Of a stretch of DNA of 64,000 nucleotides, positions 11,101 to 22,300 are shown in pieces (the first letter of the stretch is position 1; each line of letters begins with the position of its first letter). The stretch spans positions 477 to 64,476 of the forward strand of contig JAOZSV010000005.1 of the NCBI GenBank assembly GCA_029939505.1, read 5' to 3'. The notes under the pieces are model-generated. The model worked only from the letters and a program-made list of their open reading frames with translations. It had not been told where the DNA came from and did no database searches. The DNA is from Thiotrichaceae bacterium (lineage in GTDB: Bacteria; Pseudomonadota; Gammaproteobacteria; Beggiatoales; Beggiatoaceae). The position numbers and the translations under genes were made by a program.

Positions 11101-13721
11101 ATGATAAAGTGGTGGTATCAGGTGCGAGTCATGTTTCTCTGATATTAGGGGCTACTGAGATCACTTTTGGTACCAAAGGCTGTGTATTGGAAGAAATATT
11201 CTTCCAACACGCGCTGCTTGTCCAGGATGAAGGCTGCACGGTTCAATTAGCAATCACCCAAGATGCGGGCGATGCTTCTTTTAAATTGATCAGTTTTGGC
11301 ACGAATACCGAGGATTGGACAACCCATGTCACTGGCAAAATTCTTAGCCCCAAATTACTAACGACTGATAATCCATTGCTGGTTACCAATTCTCAAGCTA
11401 TCTGGGATCGCTGTGAACAGACAATAACAACGACAGAATTTTATCAGACACAACTAGAACGCCATATTTACTTAGGCCCTCGTTACCAATGGGTTGAATC
11501 CATTCGGCGGGGAAATGCGGAGGCCGTTTGTCAAATTCACTTACCAAAAGAGGTGACAAACGCTGGAGAATATCAATTGCCGCCGGGCTTGATTGATGCT
11601 TGTTTTGGATTATTAGCTGTTGCGGTTGAAATGGTTGTGCCGGATACCTTTATTCCCTTCAGCATAGAAAAAATTTACTTCTATCAACGTCCCAGTGATT
11701 TTCAATTACAGGCTCATGTCCAATTGCGCCCAGAATCAGACGATAACCGCTTAGTAGGGGATATACGTTTATTTGAAAAAGCTAATGGACAAGTTATTGC
11801 GGAATTTATGGGTTTTGAGGGAAGAAAAGCGGCTCGTGACAGTTTATTAAGCGAGTATCAAAGCGATTTTAATGATTGGTTTTATGAGATTGCTTGGCAA
11901 CCAAAACCTTTAAAACTGGAACATCAATACAAAACAGGGCAAGGGCATTGGCTAATTTTTGCTGATCAAACGGGTATTGGCTTGGCATTAGCTGAACGCT
12001 TGCAAAAGCATGGCGAGTTTTGTACCATAGTTTATTCAGGTAAAAGTTATGAAAAGGCGGCTGATGGACATTACTACGTAAATCCGGTGGAACCTTTGGA
12101 TTTCCAACGTTTGCTTAAAGAAAATTTTTGTGATAATATACTACGTGGCGTGGTTCACCTTTGGAGCCTTGATGGCACAATTGCCGATTTACACCACGCC
12201 CAACGTCTTGGTTGTGCGAGTGTCATACTTATGGTACAATCATTAGTGGAAAAATCGTGGGAGCCATTTCCCCGTTTGTGGCTAGTCACACAGGGTGGAC
12301 AAGCGGTTGACATCATGCAACCACAACAAACGTCGCTATGGGGGTTAGGGCGTGTCATTGCCTTGGAACATCCTGAATTGGGTTGCGTGTGCCTAGACTT
12401 GGAACCTGCAAATGAAGATAATACCCAAACACTGTTTAATGAATTATGGTATCATAATGATGAAGCACAAATTGTATGGCAGCAGAATATCCGTCATGTT
12501 GCCCGCTGGGAGCAACGTGCCTTGCCACCGTCAGCAAATCCGTTTTCTATTCGTGAAAACAGCAGCTATTTGATAAGCGGCGGTACAGGAGCATTGGGAT
12601 TACAGGTAGCACAGTGGTTGGTTGAGCAGGGTGTACGCCATCTTTTACTACTTAGTCGTAGCGGGATTGCTTCAAACGCTACCCAAGAAATTATCACCCA
12701 AATGGAACAGATTGGGGCTAAAATACGAGTTATTAAGGTGGATATGACAGAGCAACTGGCACTCAACTTAGCCCTTGATAAAGTCCCTGCGACTATGCCA
12801 CCATTAAGAGGTATTATCCATGCTGCTGGGGTGCTTGACGATGGTATGTTAATTGGGCAAAATTGGAACCGCTTTGAAAAGGTGATGGCCGCTAAAGTCT
12901 ACGGCGCGTGGAATCTTCATCAATACACTGCCAACATGAAATTGGATTTCTTTGTCATGTTTTCATCAGCCGCCTCATTACTGGGCAACCAAGGACAAAG
13001 CAACTATGCCGCTGCCAATGCATTCTTAGACGGTTTAGCGCATTACCGAAGAAATCACGGCTTAGTGGCAACCAGTATCAATTGGGGGCCGTGGGAGCAA
13101 GTGGCGGGTATGGCAGCCTCGACCAGTGCTGACGATAGACTGTCCAAACAAGGATTTAAACCTATCCAAAGGAAAGAAGGTTTAGCCGTTTTGGAAAGGA
13201 TATTATCAGCCAATGTGACAAAAATTGCTGTTGTATCTTGTGATTGGCGCAAATACATCTCGCAACTGACCTTGGAACAGAGCATTTTTGCTAATTGGCA
13301 AAAGGAAGAACAACCTATCAAACAGGTTGATCTATTACAAAAAGTGGCAAAAGCACGGCCAGATGAAAAGCACACAATACTGCTAAATTTTGTTGTTGAA
13401 ACCGCACAACAGGTCGTCGGCATTGACACATCAGACACATTGGATATTGATAAACCGCTCATGGAGCTAGGAATGGACTCATTAATGGCGGTTGAAGTTC
13501 GTAACCGCTTAGGTAAAGGGCTTGATACCTCTCTGCCGGTCAGCCTATTGTTCAATTATCCGACGGTTGATGAGGTTGTGAAGTACTTAGAACTGGAAGT
13601 TATCAAGTTTGATGATGAGCATACTGGGAAAACTCAAAGTGATGAAAAATTTGACTACTTAGATGGCTTGAATCAGAACGAATTGGAAAAGTTGATAAAC
13701 AGGGAACTTGAATCAGATTAA
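8160..13721 (+). CDS. PKS module: KS-AT-DH-KR-ACP
   Basis: 1853-aa ORF starting 13 nt after the previous stop, with an N-terminal docking helix. KS: IAIIGIGCRFP, DTACSSS, EAHGTGT, NVGHME. AT: GHSVGE, VSHAFHS (malonyl-type). DH: HPLIDKK, ADHLVYDKVVVSGASH, LIDACFG. KR: SGGTGALG, LDD. ACP: GMDSLMA. No ER or MT domain. Confidence 0.95.
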   Translation: MKKNVVENMDDTQRIKRAFIAIEKLQSKLKVLEYARTEPIAIIGIGCRFPGGANNPDAYWQLLRDGVDAISEVPTDRWDVEAYYDPDWTKQGKINTRDSGFLNTKVYDFDPQFFGIAPREAMQLDPQQRLLLEVAWEALEYANIVPDRLFNSSTGVFIGISTVDYAVRQLGMQEPSKIGAYVGTGALLSPAAGRLSYMLGLTGPSTIVDTACSSSLLAVHFGCQSLRNKESDLVLSGGVNLILAPELCSYFSTAGMLSPDGRCKTFDAAANGYARSEGCGVMVLKRLSDALADGDNILACIQGSALNQDGPSGGLTVPSGPSQEQVIKQALARAGLEPNQVDYIEAHGTGTALGDPIEVGALSAVFGQVRHQDRPLLIGSAKSNVGHMEAAAGMAGLIKVVLALQHEEIPPNLHFSQPSPRIPWDAFPVKVPTERTRWQTETDKRRIAGISSFGFSGTNAHVIVEEAPESQQNKKQNTGDIRPLHLLTLSAKSDTALKELAERYKKSLSDSVTNTKQHHERDLGDICFTANTCRSHFQHRLSVIAGSSAQMREKLTAFIAGTETGGIFAGKEGTQFKIAFLFTGQGSQYVNMGRTLYDTNATFRQSIVRCDEILRPWLKKPLLEVLYNSGADNSLLNETVYTQPALFALEYALTQLWKSWGIEPSVVMGHSVGEYVAACVAGVFSLEDGLKLIAERARLMYNLPRDGEMVTVFANEERVATAIQSYTQQVSIAAINGPESIVISGQREAINTIVTTFAADGVKTKPLKVSHAFHSPLIEPMLSNFERVAKEITFSLPKIDLISNLTGQLVTEDITTPEYWCRHIRQPVQFVGSMETLYQLQGNEVLFVEIGSRPALLSMGRQCLPENVGVWLPSLRYGQDDWQQILSSLGELYVRGTPVNWVGFDQNYQRHRVRLPTYPFQRKRYCIERPTPKARRGFLPHEAKLHPLIDKKIQSPLLKETLFESYFHTENLPLLADHLVYDKVVVSGASHVSLILGATEITFGTKGCVLEEIFFQHALLVQDEGCTVQLAITQDAGDASFKLISFGTNTEDWTTHVTGKILSPKLLTTDNPLLVTNSQAIWDRCEQTITTTEFYQTQLERHIYLGPRYQWVESIRRGNAEAVCQIHLPKEVTNAGEYQLPPGLIDACFGLLAVAVEMVVPDTFIPFSIEKIYFYQRPSDFQLQAHVQLRPESDDNRLVGDIRLFEKANGQVIAEFMGFEGRKAARDSLLSEYQSDFNDWFYEIAWQPKPLKLEHQYKTGQGHWLIFADQTGIGLALAERLQKHGEFCTIVYSGKSYEKAADGHYYVNPVEPLDFQRLLKENFCDNILRGVVHLWSLDGTIADLHHAQRLGCASVILMVQSLVEKSWEPFPRLWLVTQGGQAVDIMQPQQTSLWGLGRVIALEHPELGCVCLDLEPANEDNTQTLFNELWYHNDEAQIVWQQNIRHVARWEQRALPPSANPFSIRENSSYLISGGTGALGLQVAQWLVEQGVRHLLLLSRSGIASNATQEIITQMEQIGAKIRVIKVDMTEQLALNLALDKVPATMPPLRGIIHAAGVLDDGMLIGQNWNRFEKVMAAKVYGAWNLHQYTANMKLDFFVMFSSAASLLGNQGQSNYAAANAFLDGLAHYRRNHGLVATSINWGPWEQVAGMAASTSADDRLSKQGFKPIQRKEGLAVLERILSANVTKIAVVSCDWRKYISQLTLEQSIFANWQKEEQPIKQVDLLQKVAKARPDEKHTILLNFVVETAQQVVGIDTSDTLDIDKPLMELGMDSLMAVEVRNRLGKGLDTSLPVSLLFNYPTVDEVVKYLELEVIKFDDEHTGKTQSDEKFDYLDGLNQNELEKLINRELESD

Positions 13722-13744
13722 TCGCAAGAACTATCAATCTAATC

Positions 13745-16700
13745 ATGACCGAAACAGAAACCTTAAAAAAACTTTATATCGCTCTTAAAAAAGCTCAAGA
13801 TAAAGTCTCAAAATTAGAGGCTGCACAGCATGAGCCAATAGCAATTATTGGGATGGCATGCCGTTTTCCGGGCGGAGCTAATAACCCTGCTCAGTATTGG
13901 GAAATCTTAAAAAACGGAGTTGACACTATTACTGAAGTACCAGCAAGTCGTGGGAACTGGAATGATTATTATGATTCTGATCCAGAAGTGCCGGGTAAAA
14001 TGTACACGACTAAAGGAGGATTTCTTGATATTCCGATCTATGACTTTGATGCCACCTTTTTTAAAATTGCTCCAAAAGAAGCACACAGCTTAGATCCGCA
14101 ACAACGTTTGTTGTTGGAAGTCAGTTGGGAAGCACTAGAAAATGCGGGCATAGATGTGACAAAATTGGATAAAAGTCAAACGGGCGTTTTTGTGGGGATT
14201 TCAGGTGATGATTATACCAATGCACATCGAAAATCCGGTGTTTTAGAAAAGATAAATGCTTACTCTATAACGGGAAGCGTTTTTAGCACAGCATCTGGTC
14301 GTATTTCTTATACTTATGGTTTACAAGGCCCCAACATGCCAATTGATACAGCGTGTTCATCATCATCGGTCGCACTTCATTTGGCGTGCCAAAGTTTACG
14401 TTCAAGAGAATCTGAGGTAGCAATGGTAGGGGGTGTCAATTTAATCTTGGCCCCGGATACACATATTTGTTTCTCTAAGCTACAAGCCATTTCTCCCCAA
14501 GGCAGCAGTAAGAGTTTTGATGCGACAGCAGATGGCTATGTGAGAAGTGAAGGCTGTGGTATGGTGATTCTAAAACGTTTAGCGGATGCCCTTGAGGAAG
14601 GTGATAATATTCTCGCTCTACTAAAAGGTACTGCTGTGAATCAAGATGGAAGAAGCAATGGATTGACAGCTCCTAATGGTATTGCTCAACAGAAAGTCAT
14701 ACATGAAGCACTGAAAAACGCCGATCTTGATGCCGCCAGCCTCGGTTATATAGAAGCACATGGTACGGGCACTCCACTGGGTGATCCCATTGAAATGGAA
14801 GCCATTGGCGAAGTCATAAAAACAAAGCATACTTTCGATTCTCCTCTGCTAATTGGTAGCGTCAAGACTAACATAGGCCATACGGAACCGGTAGCCGGTT
14901 TAGCTGGACTTATTAAAGTAATACTTTCATTGCAACATGAGGTGATACCTCCCAATATACACTTTAATCAGCCCAATCCCTTAATAAATTGGGATGAATT
15001 ACCCGTTAAGATACCTACTCAACTAACAATATGGCCACGTTCAGAAAAGTCCCGTGTTGCTGGTATCAATTCCTTTGGATTCGGTGGAACTAATGCACAC
15101 GTTATTGTTGCAGAATCGCCTCTGGTTGCTCCAAAACAAAAGTCAGAAAGAGAAAGACCCACTCATATATTGACTTTATCAGCTAAGCATGAAAATGCCT
15201 TGACGGAATTGGTTAGCCGCTATGTTGATTATTTATCCCAAAACGAGACAGATGAGATCGCCAATATTTGCTACACTGCCAATGTTGGACGGTGTCATTT
15301 TGAACATCGGTTAGCTGTTGTTGGAAAATCAAAAGCAGAAATTAAAGAGAAATTATCTAAAAGTATTAGTGATAATACTGATGAGAGTGTCTATAAAAGC
15401 CAAAATACCGAACATCAAAATGCCAATAAAATAGCCTTTTTATTTACAGGGCAAGGTTCTCAATATGTTGGTATGGGAGAGCAACTCTACGAAACGCAGC
15501 CTACTTTTCGGAAAACAATTGACCATTGTAATGAAATTTTACGCGATTATCTGAAACAGCCATTGCTTGAGGTACTTTATCCAAAAGACAATCAAAAATC
15601 AGAAATTCAAAATTCAAAATTGGATGAAACTGCCTACACGCAACCGGCCCTCTTTGCACTAGAGTATGCACTTGCTAAATTATGGCAATCGTGGGGTATT
15701 CAACCCACTGTTGTTATGGGTCATAGTGTAGGGGAGTATGTTGCTGCATGTATTGCGGGTGTTTTTAGCTTGGAAGATGGCCTCAAGCTGATTACCGAAC
15801 GTGCCCGTTTGATGCAAGCATTGCCGTGTGGTGGTGAAATGGTATCAGTATTAGCGGATGAAGGACAAGTTAGGACGGCAATTGAACCATATACGCAAAC
15901 AGTTTCTATTGCAGCGATCAATGGCCCCAAGAGCATCGTGTTCTCTGGAAAGGGTACTGCAGTACAAGCAGTGGTGGAACATTTACAATCCCAAGGCATC
16001 AAAACTAAAAAGTTACAGGTTTCCCACGCATTCCACTCTCCATTGATGGAACCAATGCTGGCAGAGTTTGAACGGGTAGCGCAAAAAGTGACTTATGCCA
16101 CTCCAAAAATAAGCATTATTTCTAATCTCACCGGTGGATTTGTTACGGATGAGATGACCTCATCTAAGTATTGGTGTCGTCATATACGGCAACCTGTGAA
16201 ATTTGCTGCGAGTATGGAGACGCTGCATCAACAAAGTGTTGAGATATTTCTAGAAATAGGGCCAAAACCTAATTTGCTGGGAATGGGAAAACAGTGTTTA
16301 CCAGATGATGTGGAGGCTATTTGGCTGCCCAGTTTACGTCCAAACCAAGCAGAATGGCAACAGTTACTCCAAAGTTTAGCCACGTTGTATGTGCAAGGTG
16401 TGTCGGTAGATTGGTCAAGTTTTGACCAAGATTATTCACGTCGCAAGGTAATGTTGCCGACTTATCCATTTCAACGCCAGCGTTATTTTCTGGAAACCCG
16501 TTTTGCTAAAAATAGTCGAGGGCTGGCATTTTCTGGAAGTCATATCTGCGGACTTCATCCTCTGCTAGACCAAAAGTTGCAAACACCACTCCTTAAAGAA
16601 ACCTTGTTTGAATCGTTGTTTAGCCGTTATTCCATGCCATTTCTGGAAGAACACCGCATTTTTGGTAAACTTGTGGTATCGGGAGCAACTCATATTTCTA

Positions 16701-19327
16701 TGCTATTGGGGGCCTCTGAACTGACTTTTGGAACAGGTGGTTGTGTATTGGAAGATATACTATTTCCACAGGCTCTGGCTATTGAAGATGACGGAGAACG
16801 TGTTGTCCAGTTGGCAATCAGCCCTGATGAAAGTGGAAAGGAAGCTTCTTTTAAACTGATCAGTTTTGAAAAAGATAGTAACCATGCATGGATAACCCAT
16901 GCGACTGGTCGTATGATACCCACATCATTTTCAACTACCGATTATCAACTACCAATTATCAATCTGCAAGAAATCAAGGCGCGATGTCAATCGGAAATAA
17001 ACGCCACGGAACTTTATCAAATCCAGCTGCAACGCCAAATTCAATTAGGGCCGGGTTATAAATGGCTTAAATCAATCCAGCAAGGTAATAAAGAGGCGAT
17101 GGCTCAAATAGAGTTGCCAGAAAGTTTAGCTACTAAGGGTATAATTGATAAATATCAACTACATCCGGGGTTGATTGACTCCTGCTTTGGCTTATTGACA
17201 ATGACTATGGATATTGGGGTAGAAAATACTTTTATTCCTTTCAGTATAGAAAAAGTCCATTTTTATCAGCGTCCCAACAGTCATCAGTTATATGCTTATG
17301 CTGCTTTACAACCAGATGCAGATGGTAAGCTAATTGGAGATATACAACTATTTGAAAATGAAAATAAAATTATTGCTGAGTTCATAGGTATGGAAGGTCG
17401 ACAGGCCAGTCCTGAAGCCTTGCTACGCACTCTAAAAACGGATTTTAGTCATTGGTTACATAATATTACTTGGTTGCCCAAGCTACGAAATTCTCAACCC
17501 ATATCCACACAAAAGCTGGGTAATTGGTTAATTTTTGCCGATAAACATGGGGTTGGGGTTGAGCTATCCAAACTTTTAGAAGCGCAGGGTGAGCGTTGCG
17601 TATTGGTTTCAGTTGGTTCTACTTATACTAAGCCTGATGAGGCGCATTATCATATCAACCCGGCTGAGCAGCGTGACTTCCAGCGTCTTTTGCAAGAAAG
17701 TCAAATATCTTACCAAGGAATAATTCACCTCTGGAGTCTTAATGCGACGAAGGAAGAGACTGATATCACGTTATCCGCTTTACAAGATGCACAAGTGCTT
17801 GGCTGCGGTAGCGTATTGCATTTAGTTCAAGCTCTGGCGCTTGCAAACAGTTTTCCCCGTCTGTGGTTAGTCACTCAAGGCAGTCAGCCGGTAAGCGTGG
17901 CTCCTTTGCAAGTACAACAATCTCCATTGTGGGGATTAGGCAAGGTGATAACTCTGGAACATCCTGATCTCCAATGTGTGCGCTTGGATATCGATTCTGA
18001 TGCTGTTAGCAATGATATTAGAGCTTTGTTTGAAGAAATAGTGTCTCCAGATAATAAAGAAGAGCAGGTCGCATGGCGTAAAGGTGAACGTTATGTGCCA
18101 AGATTATCCAAGGCAAATATTGAACTCCAACGTGAAATTAAAATACAGCCTGATTGTAGTTATCTTATTACTGGTGGTTTGGGAGCACTGGGACTTAAAG
18201 TCGTTCACTGGTTGGTAGAGCAAGGTGCCCAACATATCGTTGTCACTGGTCGTGGTGGTGCCTCACAAGAACTTCAAACCACACTTGCTCAATTAAAACT
18301 AGCAGACGTTCAGATTGTCCAAGCAGATGTTTCTCGTCAAGAGGATGTTGAGCGCATACTAGATACCATTAAAAATTCGATGCCACCACTGCGGGGTATT
18401 GTTCATACAGCTGGTGTTTTGGATGATGGGGTGCTGCTACAACAAACTTGGGAGCGTTTTAGCCAAGTCATGGCTCCAAAAGTGGCTGGAAGTTGGAATT
18501 TACATATTTTGACCCAACATATGCCATTAGACTTTTTTGTTTGTTTTTCCTCAATAGTTTCGTTACTTGGTTCATCAGCTCAGGGTAATTATGTGGCTGC
18601 CAATACATTTATGGACACACTGGCCCATCATCGACTAGCTCTAGGGCAGCCGGGATTGAGTATTAATTGGGGTCCATGGGCTGAAACTGGCATGGCGGCT
18701 GATTTGGAAGACCGTGAACAACGTCGTATTGCTAAACAAGGTTTTAGTAGCATAGCCCCAGATGATGGATTACAGGTATTGGGAGAATTGCTGGCTCAAA
18801 ACGTTGCTCAAGTTGGGGTACTACCCATTAACTGGTCGAAATTCTTCCAGCAATCTTTGGAGGAAGCAACATCGCCGTTTTTTGAAGCGATGACAAGAAA
18901 GGTTCAATCATCAAATGAACCACCACAAGCGGCATTGTTGAAACAGTTGGAAGAGGCACCCGTTGCAGCACGTCGAGATATTATGATGACATTCATTCGT
19001 GCTGAAATTGTCCGCGTGTTAGAATTGAGTTCACCTGAACAAATACAGCCTCGTAAAAGGCTATTTGACTTAGGGATAGACTCTCTCATGGCGGTTGATT
19101 TGAGAAATCGTCTCAAAGCCAGCTTGGGACATCCACTTCGTTCAACGTTGTTGTTTGACTATCCAACGCTTGAATCATTAGTTGATTATCTGATTCAGGA
19201 ACTCGCCTTTTCAGATAAGATAGACACCCAACTAGAAAGTGGTCCTGACTCTCGCTTAACAAAATTGGAACAATTGTCGGAATCAGAAGCGGAAGCCTTG
19301 TTACTTAAAGAATTAGAGAAATTATAA
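13745..19327 (+). CDS. PKS module: KS-AT-DH-KR-ACP
   Basis: 1860-aa ORF. KS: IAIIGMACRFP, DTACSSS, EAHGTGT, NIGHTE. AT: GHSVGE, VSHAFHS. DH: HPLLDQK, EEHRIFGKLVVSGATH, LIDSCFG. KR: TGGLGALG, LDD. ACP: GIDSLMA. Acidic docking tail at the C-terminus. Confidence 0.95.
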   Translation: MTETETLKKLYIALKKAQDKVSKLEAAQHEPIAIIGMACRFPGGANNPAQYWEILKNGVDTITEVPASRGNWNDYYDSDPEVPGKMYTTKGGFLDIPIYDFDATFFKIAPKEAHSLDPQQRLLLEVSWEALENAGIDVTKLDKSQTGVFVGISGDDYTNAHRKSGVLEKINAYSITGSVFSTASGRISYTYGLQGPNMPIDTACSSSSVALHLACQSLRSRESEVAMVGGVNLILAPDTHICFSKLQAISPQGSSKSFDATADGYVRSEGCGMVILKRLADALEEGDNILALLKGTAVNQDGRSNGLTAPNGIAQQKVIHEALKNADLDAASLGYIEAHGTGTPLGDPIEMEAIGEVIKTKHTFDSPLLIGSVKTNIGHTEPVAGLAGLIKVILSLQHEVIPPNIHFNQPNPLINWDELPVKIPTQLTIWPRSEKSRVAGINSFGFGGTNAHVIVAESPLVAPKQKSERERPTHILTLSAKHENALTELVSRYVDYLSQNETDEIANICYTANVGRCHFEHRLAVVGKSKAEIKEKLSKSISDNTDESVYKSQNTEHQNANKIAFLFTGQGSQYVGMGEQLYETQPTFRKTIDHCNEILRDYLKQPLLEVLYPKDNQKSEIQNSKLDETAYTQPALFALEYALAKLWQSWGIQPTVVMGHSVGEYVAACIAGVFSLEDGLKLITERARLMQALPCGGEMVSVLADEGQVRTAIEPYTQTVSIAAINGPKSIVFSGKGTAVQAVVEHLQSQGIKTKKLQVSHAFHSPLMEPMLAEFERVAQKVTYATPKISIISNLTGGFVTDEMTSSKYWCRHIRQPVKFAASMETLHQQSVEIFLEIGPKPNLLGMGKQCLPDDVEAIWLPSLRPNQAEWQQLLQSLATLYVQGVSVDWSSFDQDYSRRKVMLPTYPFQRQRYFLETRFAKNSRGLAFSGSHICGLHPLLDQKLQTPLLKETLFESLFSRYSMPFLEEHRIFGKLVVSGATHISMLLGASELTFGTGGCVLEDILFPQALAIEDDGERVVQLAISPDESGKEASFKLISFEKDSNHAWITHATGRMIPTSFSTTDYQLPIINLQEIKARCQSEINATELYQIQLQRQIQLGPGYKWLKSIQQGNKEAMAQIELPESLATKGIIDKYQLHPGLIDSCFGLLTMTMDIGVENTFIPFSIEKVHFYQRPNSHQLYAYAALQPDADGKLIGDIQLFENENKIIAEFIGMEGRQASPEALLRTLKTDFSHWLHNITWLPKLRNSQPISTQKLGNWLIFADKHGVGVELSKLLEAQGERCVLVSVGSTYTKPDEAHYHINPAEQRDFQRLLQESQISYQGIIHLWSLNATKEETDITLSALQDAQVLGCGSVLHLVQALALANSFPRLWLVTQGSQPVSVAPLQVQQSPLWGLGKVITLEHPDLQCVRLDIDSDAVSNDIRALFEEIVSPDNKEEQVAWRKGERYVPRLSKANIELQREIKIQPDCSYLITGGLGALGLKVVHWLVEQGAQHIVVTGRGGASQELQTTLAQLKLADVQIVQADVSRQEDVERILDTIKNSMPPLRGIVHTAGVLDDGVLLQQTWERFSQVMAPKVAGSWNLHILTQHMPLDFFVCFSSIVSLLGSSAQGNYVAANTFMDTLAHHRLALGQPGLSINWGPWAETGMAADLEDREQRRIAKQGFSSIAPDDGLQVLGELLAQNVAQVGVLPINWSKFFQQSLEEATSPFFEAMTRKVQSSNEPPQAALLKQLEEAPVAARRDIMMTFIRAEIVRVLELSSPEQIQPRKRLFDLGIDSLMAVDLRNRLKASLGHPLRSTLLFDYPTLESLVDYLIQELAFSDKIDTQLESGPDSRLTKLEQLSESEAEALLLKELEKL

Positions 19328-19328
19328 C

Positions 19329-22300
19329 ATGACTCAAGATACGACGAACCGTCCGTCACAGTCCAGCGCACTTTCTCCGACTAAGCGTGCTTTGCTGGCA
19401 TTGCAAGAAATGCAAACAAAACTCAATGCGTTGGAACGGGAGAAAAATGAACCCATAGCTATTATTGGTATGGGCTGCCGGTTTCCGGGCGGAGCGGATA
19501 ACCCAGAAGCGTTCTGGCAATTGTTGCGCGAGGGACGGGATGCTATCATTGAAGTTCCCAAAGACCGTTGGGATATTGAAGCATATTATGGTACGGATCC
19601 AGATGCGCCCGGGAAAATGAGCACGCGCTCAGGTGGTTTTTTATCAGGGCCAGTGGACCAATTTGACCCGCAGTTTTTTGGCATTTCACCGCGTGAGGCG
19701 GTGAGTCTTGATCCGCAACAGCGCTTATTATTGGAGGTGAGTTGGGAGGCACTGGAACACGCAAATTTAGTCCCTGAAAAAATCTATGGTAGTTCTACTG
19801 GTGTATTTGTTGGAATGACCAGTTTTGAATATGGTCTTTTACTATTTGGAGAGGATAATATAGAGCGCATTGATGCTTATTTTGGCACGGGTGGTACATT
19901 GGGTGTGGCCGCCGGACGTTTGTCTTACCTATTCGGATTAACTGGTCCTAGTTTTATTGTGGACACTGCTTGCTCGTCGTCTTTGGTAACAGCACACTTG
20001 GCTTGTCAGAGTTTGCGCCTTCGCGAGTGTGATTTGGCTCTGGTTGGCGGAGTTAATTTGATGTTAAGACCAGAAGCTTATATTAATTTTTCTAAAGCAC
20101 GGATGTTGTCGGCTGATGGCCGCTGCAAAACATTTGATGCGGCTGCTGATGGCTATGGACGTGGGGAAGGGTGTGGGGTTATAATCCTCAAACGTCTGTC
20201 AGATGCACTGCGCGACGGGGATAATATTTTAGCCAAAATTCGTGGTTCTGCGCTCAATCAAGATGGTCCCAGCGGAGGCTTAACTGTGCCTAATGGCCCT
20301 GCTCAGGAAAAAGTGATTCGTCAAGCCTTAGCCAATGGCGGAATAGAACCCACCCAAGTGAGTTATATAGAAGCGCATGGTACTGGAACATCGTTGGGCG
20401 ATCCGATAGAAATGGCGGCATTAGGTAACGTTTACGGCCCAGATCGTTCTGTCGATAACCCGTTGATAGTCGGTTCTGTCAAAAGCAACTTTGGGCATAT
20501 GGAATCAGCGGCGAGTGTAGCGGGTATAATCAAAATGGTGTTGTCCTTGCAACACAAAAAAATTCCACCACATCTACATTTCAAACAACCCAATCCCCAT
20601 ATTGATTGGGAGGCATTTCCAGTTACAGTGCCAACAGAGCTAAAACCGTGGTCAGTAGGAAATAAACGGCGAATTGCTGGGGTCAGTTCATTTAGCTTTA
20701 GTGGCACTAACGCACATCTAGTGATAGAAGAAGCTCCCATAACCGAAAATGTTTCCAAAGAAACGTATGCTGAACGTCCACTTCATTTGTTGACATTATC
20801 TGCTAAAACGTCTGAAGCTCTTAAATCATTAGTAAGTCAATATGAAGATTACCTCATCAATTCAGCGATGGCTTTAGCTAATGTTTGTTTTACCGCCAAT
20901 ACTTGTCGTTCTCACTTCAACCATCGTTTGAGTGTGGTAGGTGCATCTGCCGCAGAGATAGGTGAAAAGCTGGCCGCATTCCAAGAAGCTGAACAAGAAT
21001 CAATCGGCATATTCAAAGGAAAGGTACAAGGTGCAGAACCACCCAATGTCGCTTTTTTATTCACTGGGCAAGGATCACAATATGTGAGTATGGGGCGGCA
21101 ACTCTATGAAACTCAACCTATTTTTCGTCAAACGCTTGAACGTTGTCACGAAATTTTGCGCCCCTATTTGGACACGCCGCTGCTTGAAGTTTTATATGCC
21201 AAGGATGCTAAAGACAAAAGTGATCTCCTTAATTCTACCGCCTACACGCAACCAGCACTTTTTGCCTTAGAATACGCGCTTTCCGAGTTATGGCAGTCTT
21301 GGGGCATTAAACCTTCAGTGGTGATGGGACATAGTGTAGGCGAATACGTTGCAGCTTGTGTGGCCGGTGTTTTCAGCCTAGAAGACGGCTTGAAGTTGAT
21401 TGCCAAACGGGCCCAATTGATGCAAACTTTACCCCAAAGCGGTGAAATGGTATCAGTTTCAGCAAATAAGACACGAATAAACGCGGTCATTCAACAATCT
21501 AATCACACTCAAAAAGTTTCTATTGCCGCTCTTAATGGGCCAGAAAGTCTTGTGATATCAGGAGAAAGCCAAGCCATTAAAACCATTGTTGCTATTTTGG
21601 AGGCTGAGGGAATTAAAACGAAACAGTTAAAGGTATCCCACGCCTTCCATTCCCCGTTAATGGAACCGATATTATCTGCTTTTGAAAAAACTGCTAGAAA
21701 GATTACTTTCTCATCGCCACGGCTAAGTTTAGTCTCCAATATCAGTGGTCAGCTTGCTACCGATGAAATAGCAACATCTGAATATTGGTGTCGTCATATA
21801 CGCCAACCGGTCAGCTTTGCTACTAGCATGACGACGCTTTACCAACAAGGATGTGAAATATTTCTAGAAATAGGGCCGAAACCAACCCTTTTAGGTATGG
21901 GCCGTCAGTGTCTGCCTGACAACACCGGCATTTGGCTTCCTAGTCTGCGGCCAACCCAATCCGATTGGCAACAACTACTCCAAAGTTTGGGTGAATTATA
22001 TGTGAATGGAGTCACTGTTGATTGGCTCAATTTTGATAAAAACTATCAGCGTCATCGTGTGGTACTCCCAACTTACCCATTTCAACGCCAGCGTTATTGG
22101 ATTGATAGCGTTGAAAATAAAGCCCAACAAACTGTATCATTATCACCAGACTTTCAAACTTCAATAATGAGTCTTTTGCATCAAGGAAAAACGGAACAAT
22201 TGGCTCAACAATTAACCGCGACTGGAGAACTTTCCGAGGAAGAACGACAACAATTACCTAACCTATTAAAATTATTAGCTAATAAACATCAACAGCAGAT

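Noticed and set aside
13055-13555. 166-aa antisense ORF (and many 60-126-aa antisense or out-of-frame ORFs throughout 1482-51539)
   Set aside because: All of them lie inside long + strand ORFs whose translations carry dense, ordered PKS/NRPS motifs. The antisense products are low-complexity, with no recognisable motif or start context.
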